Below, piece by piece: positions 6,963 to 11,021 of a stretch of DNA of 11,021 nucleotides. Position 1 is the stretch's first letter. Each line of letters starts with the position of its first letter. The stretch lies in the NCBI GenBank assembly GCA_033764315.1, contig JANRJA010000213.1:1-11021 (forward strand). Direction: 5' to 3'. A program made the translations under genes and the position numbers. The notes beneath the pieces were generated by a model. It did not search any database. It saw only the letters and a program-made list of their open reading frames with translations, and was not told the DNA's origin. Source of the DNA: Oculatellaceae cyanobacterium bins.114. Lineage in GTDB: Bacteria; Cyanobacteriota; Cyanobacteriia; Elainellales; Elainellaceae.

Positions 6963-7964
6963 ATGATGACTACGATGACTCATGAAAATCTGATGAAGTG
7001 TTATGCTGCTGGGCAACGAAATTTCATAGCAGTTAATCTGACAGGTGCTTCATTGGAGCGCATGGACTTAACCGCCGCGAATCTCACTAAAGCAGTATTA
7101 AGATCTGTAAAGTTAACCCGTTCAGTCCTAATTCAGACTCGCTTGCAAGACGCTTTTTTATATGCGGCTGACCTCAGTTTTGCAAAATTAAATCACGCTA
7201 TCTTGAGTGAGGCTGACCTCACTAAAGCTAACTTGCAAGGAGCAGTATTCATCGGCGCAGATTTGAGGGGAGCGAGGCTGAGTGGGGCAATTTTAGCTGG
7301 AGTTAACATGCGATCGGCAAATTTAGCCGGTGTCAACCTGTGTGGAGCCGACCTGCGAGGGATTAATCTCCGATCTGCGAATCTGACTGGGGCTAACTTA
7401 AACTGGGCAAACCTCACTGGGGCAAGATTAAGCGGTGCTCAGCTTGACGGAGCTTCCTTGATTGGGGTCAAATTGAGTGACGCTTTCTTAAACGGAGTTG
7501 ACTTACAAGGGGTTGACTTGGATGGCGTGAACTTAAGTGGTGCCAAATTAAGCGGTGCCAATCTTACCGCAGCTAACCTTACCTCAGCTAATCTCAGTTA
7601 CACTCAACTTCGGATGGCCTATTTGATGCGGGCAAATCTTCATGCTGCCGACTTGAGCGAAGCAGACTTAAAACGAGCAGATCTCACAGCTGCTAATCTC
7701 AGCAAAGCCAATCTTGATAAGGCCGATTTAAGCGAAGCAGATTTAACCGGAGCTGCGCTAAATTCTGCAAATTTGTTGGACTCAAACTTGAATAAGGCTT
7801 GTTTGCGAGAAGCTTACTTATGGGGTGCAAAGTTAGTCAGAACGAATTTGCAGCAAGCCAACTTAATAAAGGCAAGTTTGCGTGGAGGTGCTCTTCATGA
7901 AGCAGTGCAACAGGCGGTGGTTTTTACTGGGGCGATTATGCCTGATGGTAAGTTATATCACTAA
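6963..7964 (+). CDS. Pentapeptide repeat protein (about 60 A(D/N)Lxx-type units)
   Basis: RBS AGGAGA 6951-6956 precedes ATG 6963, so the ORF-track GTG 6828 start is probably too long. Typical cyanobacterial N-cap (LMKCYAAGQRNF) and C-cap (GAIMPDGKLYH) flank continuous ANL/ADL/AKL repeats. Confidence 0.92.
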   Translation: MMTTMTHENLMKCYAAGQRNFIAVNLTGASLERMDLTAANLTKAVLRSVKLTRSVLIQTRLQDAFLYAADLSFAKLNHAILSEADLTKANLQGAVFIGADLRGARLSGAILAGVNMRSANLAGVNLCGADLRGINLRSANLTGANLNWANLTGARLSGAQLDGASLIGVKLSDAFLNGVDLQGVDLDGVNLSGAKLSGANLTAANLTSANLSYTQLRMAYLMRANLHAADLSEADLKRADLTAANLSKANLDKADLSEADLTGAALNSANLLDSNLNKACLREAYLWGAKLVRTNLQQANLIKASLRGGALHEAVQQAVVFTGAIMPDGKLYH

Positions 7965-8106
7965 CCCACCTTGTTAAAAGGCGGCCAAACAATTCTTCCT
8001 ATTCAATTGATCAATTCACCATCCACTCATACCTATGCGACAGATCGCCTCTCACATGAAAAGCGATCGCCTATTTTGACGTGATTGATGTGCTCAGAAA
8101 CGAGGA

Positions 8107-8808
8107 TCAAGAAGCGACTGAGCCTGCATAAGTTGCGCGCTTCATTATCCTTGACAGAATGCTATTTTTTTGATGAAGAAATTCATCTAACAACTGAAAG
8201 TAATGGCTTGAAACTGCTTGTTGAACGGATGGTCTTTGCAGCAGTGCTTCACGCCAAGCTGTCACCTTGGGAGTGTGGGTAAAAAAGCCAAAATCCTGAT
8301 AAGTCTCAAACGCTACAAAGTAACGAAAGACAGGACCATAGACCGCATCAATGAGTGAAAATTTTTCTCCTTCAAAGTAAGGTTCAGCATTTAATTGAGC
8401 CTCTAATAGCTGAAAGCTAGAAATCAAATCCTGACGTTTTATCTCAAAACTATCCTCCTCTTTTGCTGAATAAAATCCTGCAATTTTAGACAGAATATTG
8501 GAACCAAACTCAATCCAAGATCGATGTTTTGCTTTTAGCAATGGGTCGGTTGGATGAAGTGACCCAGGCGTAATTTCATCCAAATATTCGCAAATGACAG
8601 CTGATTCAAACAATACTTCCTCATCTGCCAACAGCAGTGGAACTTTACCCAAGGGAGATAGGTTCAAAAACCAAGCTGGTTTATTGGCCAGATCAATATA
8701 CTCTCGCTCATGAGGAATTTGTTTTTCAGTCAAGGTAATGATAGAGCGTTGCACAAAAGGGCAGAGTTGATGACTAACGAGTTTGAGAGTGGGTACTTGA
8801 TGAGACAT
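8107..8808 (-). CDS. Glutathione S-transferase family protein, Cys-type active site (CPF)
   Basis: LVSHQLCPFVQR, SPLGKVPLL, LFESAVICEYLDE and C-domain FSLIDAVYGP. It starts 4 nt after the stop of the SnoaL-like gene. Confidence 0.9.
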   Translation of the reverse strand: MSHQVPTLKLVSHQLCPFVQRSIITLTEKQIPHEREYIDLANKPAWFLNLSPLGKVPLLLADEEVLFESAVICEYLDEITPGSLHPTDPLLKAKHRSWIEFGSNILSKIAGFYSAKEEDSFEIKRQDLISSFQLLEAQLNAEPYFEGEKFSLIDAVYGPVFRYFVAFETYQDFGFFTHTPKVTAWREALLQRPSVQQAVSSHYFQLLDEFLHQKNSILSRIMKRATYAGSVAS

Positions 8809-8812
8809 CGAT

Positions 8813-9187
8813 TTAGGCTCCGTAGTAAAAGCGTTCGTGAATCACTTTGCCATCTCTCCATTGCTGTACCGAGACTTGGTGGTAGGTCCGTTTGCCCCAT
8901 TCTGCATGGGTGTAGTCTAAGAACCACTCTGAGATGATGACGTTTTCACCAAAGGCAACATTTTTGACCTCTGCCCCACGAAACTCAACCACATTGGCAA
9001 AAAAGGCTTCTTCTCGCACTCGATTGGCCGCTTTGCCAATCGTTGGGGAAGTTTCGTTTTCCTGCATGACAACATTTTCGTCATAGTATTTCTCAAACAC
9101 CTGCATCACTTGCCCTTGTAACACCAGTTGCTTGATATCTTCAAAGATCACCTTTAAATCAGTAGTGGTTTGAACTTCAATAGCCAT
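8813..9187 (-). CDS. SnoaL-like / NTF2-fold protein
   Basis: GGAGG RBS (minus strand, 9200-9196) lies 8 nt before ATG 9187. The FEKYYDENVVMQEN..IGKAANRVRE..EW..QVSVQQWRDGKVIHERFYY pattern is typical of SnoaL-like proteins. Confidence 0.82.
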   Translation of the reverse strand: MAIEVQTTTDLKVIFEDIKQLVLQGQVMQVFEKYYDENVVMQENETSPTIGKAANRVREEAFFANVVEFRGAEVKNVAFGENVIISEWFLDYTHAEWGKRTYHQVSVQQWRDGKVIHERFYYGA

Positions 9188-9220
9188 TGTCAGTGCCTCC
9201 AAATTTTATTTGATCTCAAG

Positions 9221-9290
9221 TAGTTGCAGTTGAACTGGTTGCAACTGCAACTAAAATAAACCTAACATCGTTTAGTTGAAAGTGCAACTA
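9221..9290. promoter_or_regulatory. Putative MarR operator boxes (TAGTTG-N6-CAACTA) overlapping divergent promoters
   Basis: Perfect box TAGTTG-AAAGTG-CAACTA 9273-9290; near-perfect TGGTTG-CAACTG-CAACTA 9236-9253; 12-bp perfect inverted repeat TAGTTGCAGTTG 9221-9232 / CAACTGCAACTA 9242-9253. Minus-strand promoter TTGCAC (9287-9282)-17 nt-TAGGTT (9264-9259) with a TGn extension. Confidence 0.72.
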
Positions 9291-9311
9291 CTTTCCTCGA
9301 TACTGTTTTAT

Positions 9312-9779
9312 ATGGAACCCACCTCTAAACTGGATCATTCACGGAACTCAGTCTGGCGTCTGTTTCTAACCACTAACACTCGATTGATTGATCGCATCGA
9401 GCAACGGTTGGATGAAGCAAAACTGCCATCACTAGAGTGGTATGACATATTGTTTACCCTTAAAGAGGCAGACGGCTACCGACTCCGACTGAGTGAATTA
9501 GCCGATCGCGTCTTGTTAAGCCGCAGTAATCTCACCCGCTTGGTTGATCGCCTTGAAAAAGCAAACCTGTTGCGTCGTGAACCTTGCCCTAGCGATCGCC
9601 GGGGTATGTTTGCTATTCTCACCGATGCCGGATTAGCCATGCAGCAAGAGATGTGGGTAGTTTATGCCGCAGGAATTACCGACTATTTTGCATCTCACCT
9701 CAATGACGATGAGGTAAAAACATTGCAGACTGTATTTCAGCGACTGTTAACCGTGACAGATCATCAGCGTGCTGAGTGA
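9312..9779 (+). CDS. MarR family transcriptional regulator
   Basis: WYDILFTL...LRLSELADRVLLSRSNLTRLVDRLEKANLLRREPCPSDRRG..AILTDAG is a winged-HTH MarR signature. ATG 9312 is preferred over TTG 9276, which lies inside the operator box. Confidence 0.9.
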   Translation: MEPTSKLDHSRNSVWRLFLTTNTRLIDRIEQRLDEAKLPSLEWYDILFTLKEADGYRLRLSELADRVLLSRSNLTRLVDRLEKANLLRREPCPSDRRGMFAILTDAGLAMQQEMWVVYAAGITDYFASHLNDDEVKTLQTVFQRLLTVTDHQRAE

Positions 9780-9812
9780 GAGCCACACCATACGCAAAGA
9801 CTGATAAGTTTT

Positions 9813-9878
9813 ATAGGGTGGGTTAGCGATCGCGTAACCCATACTGACATTAGGGTTTCATGCTTCAACCCAACCTAC
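9813..9878. repeat. Inverted doublet of GTAG-type REP-like palindromes (REPIN/BIME-like)
   Basis: Plus-strand unit ATAGGG-TGGGTTA-GCGATCGC-G-TAACCCA (9813-9841). Minus-strand unit GTAGGTT-GGGTT-GAAGCATGA-AACCC-TA (9878-9851). Both share the 5' end (A/G)TAGG(G/T)TGGGTT. Confidence 0.65.
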
Positions 9879-9884
9879 TAGCAC

Positions 9885-9950
9885 TGTCCTTGGTTATGGG
9901 TCACTGGTCTGTAATAGGTACTAAAAGCTCAGGACAATTGACAAATGACT
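9885..9950. repeat. Degenerate heptamer (STRR-like) repeats in inverted arrangement
   Basis: Left arm TGTCCTT-GGTTATG-GGTCACT-GGTC and right arm AGGACAA-TTGACAA-ATGACT resemble cyanobacterial TT(G/T)GTCA heptamer repeats and their complement. TGTCCT 9885-9890 complements AGGACA 9931-9936. Confidence 0.4.
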
Positions 9951-10028
9951 CTACTCCTAAGCTTCTTCACAAATCAAACAGGATGGCCATAGCTCTTCTT
10001 TTTTCTCTCTCCCCTCTTCTTTTTTTCC

Positions 10029-10709
10029 TTACCGTCTTAATTCAAAGCTTTGTACGAGTGTCGTCTCTAAAACCCCTTGAAAGGTAGGGCGAGTGGCTGT
10101 CACTAACACCACAACGCTGTCTTCATCAGGAGATGAATACACTTCGCGAATGGAATAGCGAAGTATCCCGTTTAAGAATCGATTGAGTGAGCCGAGCGAT
10201 CGCCGCTGACCTGCATACTGAGCTTCTAAGCGAAACGAAGCCCGACCCGATTCAGCCCGTTGTTGCAACACAAAGCGCAAGGACTGGCGATCGCCCAGGT
10301 TTACATTGACTGTTTCAGTGCCATCGGCTGTGCGTGAGCGAGAGGCGATCGTTAGGGGAATCCCAGCGATTGGTGGCGTTAGTCCCAACTCTTGTCGCAA
10401 GACCCAAGTCTGTTGCAGTAAATCAGTTTCAGCATCTCGCACACTCAAATCCGCATCGGCTTCACCATAGCGGGTTTCCAGACATCCCCCAACGACACAG
10501 GTGCTACCTGCAACGTCAATCACCTGCAATACTGCCTTGGGAATGCCGGTGCCAGAATTGCGTGACGTTTCTAGATAGACATAATACTGGTTATCCTGTG
10601 AAAACCCTGCCATCCGCCGAGTGGTTCTAAAGGTCGTGGCTAGCCCCGGAGTCGCCAGAGCAACTAGGGCGATCGCCACTCCTAACGATAGCCAACGGCG
10701 ATAGTGCAT
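10029..10709 (-). CDS. DUF2259-like predicted secreted protein
   Basis: Signal peptide MHYRRWLSLGVAIALVALATPGLA. GFSQDNQYYVYLE...GTGIPKAVLQVIDV matches the DUF2259 N-terminal pattern. Start is ATG 10709 or GTG 10715, the latter directly abutting the upstream stop. Confidence 0.65.
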   Translation of the reverse strand: MHYRRWLSLGVAIALVALATPGLATTFRTTRRMAGFSQDNQYYVYLETSRNSGTGIPKAVLQVIDVAGSTCVVGGCLETRYGEADADLSVRDAETDLLQQTWVLRQELGLTPPIAGIPLTIASRSRTADGTETVNVNLGDRQSLRFVLQQRAESGRASFRLEAQYAGQRRSLGSLNRFLNGILRYSIREVYSSPDEDSVVVLVTATRPTFQGVLETTLVQSFELRR

Positions 10710-10715
10710 AGCCAC

Positions 10716-11021
10716 TTATTTACTGCCAAACCCTCTGCCCCGACTTGTGCTAGGCACACAAACACAGGCTTGGAGTTGTTGCTTAATGGCATCGTGATCC
10801 AGGTTTTGACCAATCAACACCAGTTGATTTTTGGGTGTGGTCTTCCATTCACTATCATCCAGGGTAAAGCGTCTGCCACTCAAGTGGAAGATGTGACGCC
10901 GAGGAGAGCCATCATCGTTGCGGCTCTCATCAAACCAGAGGATGCCTTTCGCTCGAAACACATTGGAGGGCAATTGGTTGTCGAGGAAATATTGAAACTT
11001 ACGAATCGCCAAGGGGCGATC
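10716..11021 (-). CDS. CobW/COG0523 family GTP-binding (metallochaperone-like) protein, C-terminal part (5'-truncated by the window edge)
   Basis: The frame is open to the window end (DRPLAIRKF...). CobW_C motifs VFRAKGILW and NQLVLIGQNLD, with a GRGFG tail. Confidence 0.85.
   Translation of the reverse strand, partial: DRPLAIRKFQYFLDNQLPSNVFRAKGILWFDESRNDDGSPRRHIFHLSGRRFTLDDSEWKTTPKNQLVLIGQNLDHDAIKQQLQACVCVPSTSRGRGFGSK

Larger units (their letters stand above)
101..10676. repeat. HIP1 octamer GCGATCGC, dispersed (24 perfect copies counted by eye)
   Basis: Starts at 101, 287, 437, 507, 1370, 1977, 2042, 2863, 2910, 3079, 3610, 3896, 4002, 4868, 5461, 5791, 5862, 6840, 8063, 9592, 9826, 10196, 10287 and 10669, plus a truncated GCGATC at 11016-11021. 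Chance expectation is below 1 copy per window. Confidence 0.95.

Noticed and set aside
7193..7417. Repetitive antisense ORF (74 aa)
   Set aside because: It is a shadow of the pentapeptide codon periodicity on the opposite strand.
128..10630. Other short ORF-track entries overlapping the called genes
   Set aside because: They are nested in or antisense to well-supported CDSs and show no recognisable motifs.
1..11021. CRISPR array, tRNA/rRNA, IS element or phage-defence genes
   Set aside because: No regularly spaced 25-45-bp repeats, cloverleaf or rRNA-like sequence, transposase or nuclease motifs were seen.

Overview
Cyanobacterial chromosomal DNA: I count 24 perfect HIP1 octamers (GCGATCGC) by eye in 11 kb. 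Left to right: the 3' part of ssaD (succinate-semialdehyde dehydrogenase) and ogdA (2-oxoglutarate decarboxylase, often mis-annotated as acetolactate synthase), which form the cyanobacterial TCA bypass; a convergent DUF3598 protein; a secreted protein made of three copies of an uncharacterised two-Cys domain; a Crp/Fnr regulator with an NtcA-type recognition helix; an RlpA-like DPBB lytic transglycosylase divergent from a long pentapeptide-repeat protein; a MarR / SnoaL-like / Cys-type GST module; a DUF2259-like secreted protein; and the 3' end of a CobW/COG0523 GTPase. I see no CRISPR array, tRNA, rRNA or transposase. The best signals are mostly non-coding. (1) Five 11-bp-phased Pho-box-like units precede the crp-family gene, suggesting a PtrA-like phosphate-starvation regulator. 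(2) A readable MarR operator (TAGTTG-N6-CAACTA) overlaps both divergent promoters. (3) An inverted GTAG-type REP doublet has a HIP1 site at the centre of one unit. (4) A multi-hairpin ~230-nt leader and a GTA-N8-TAC box lie between rlpA and the pentapeptide gene. The sequence alone does not establish a new multi-gene system; the Pho-box/Crp link and the triple-domain secreted protein are the strongest candidates.
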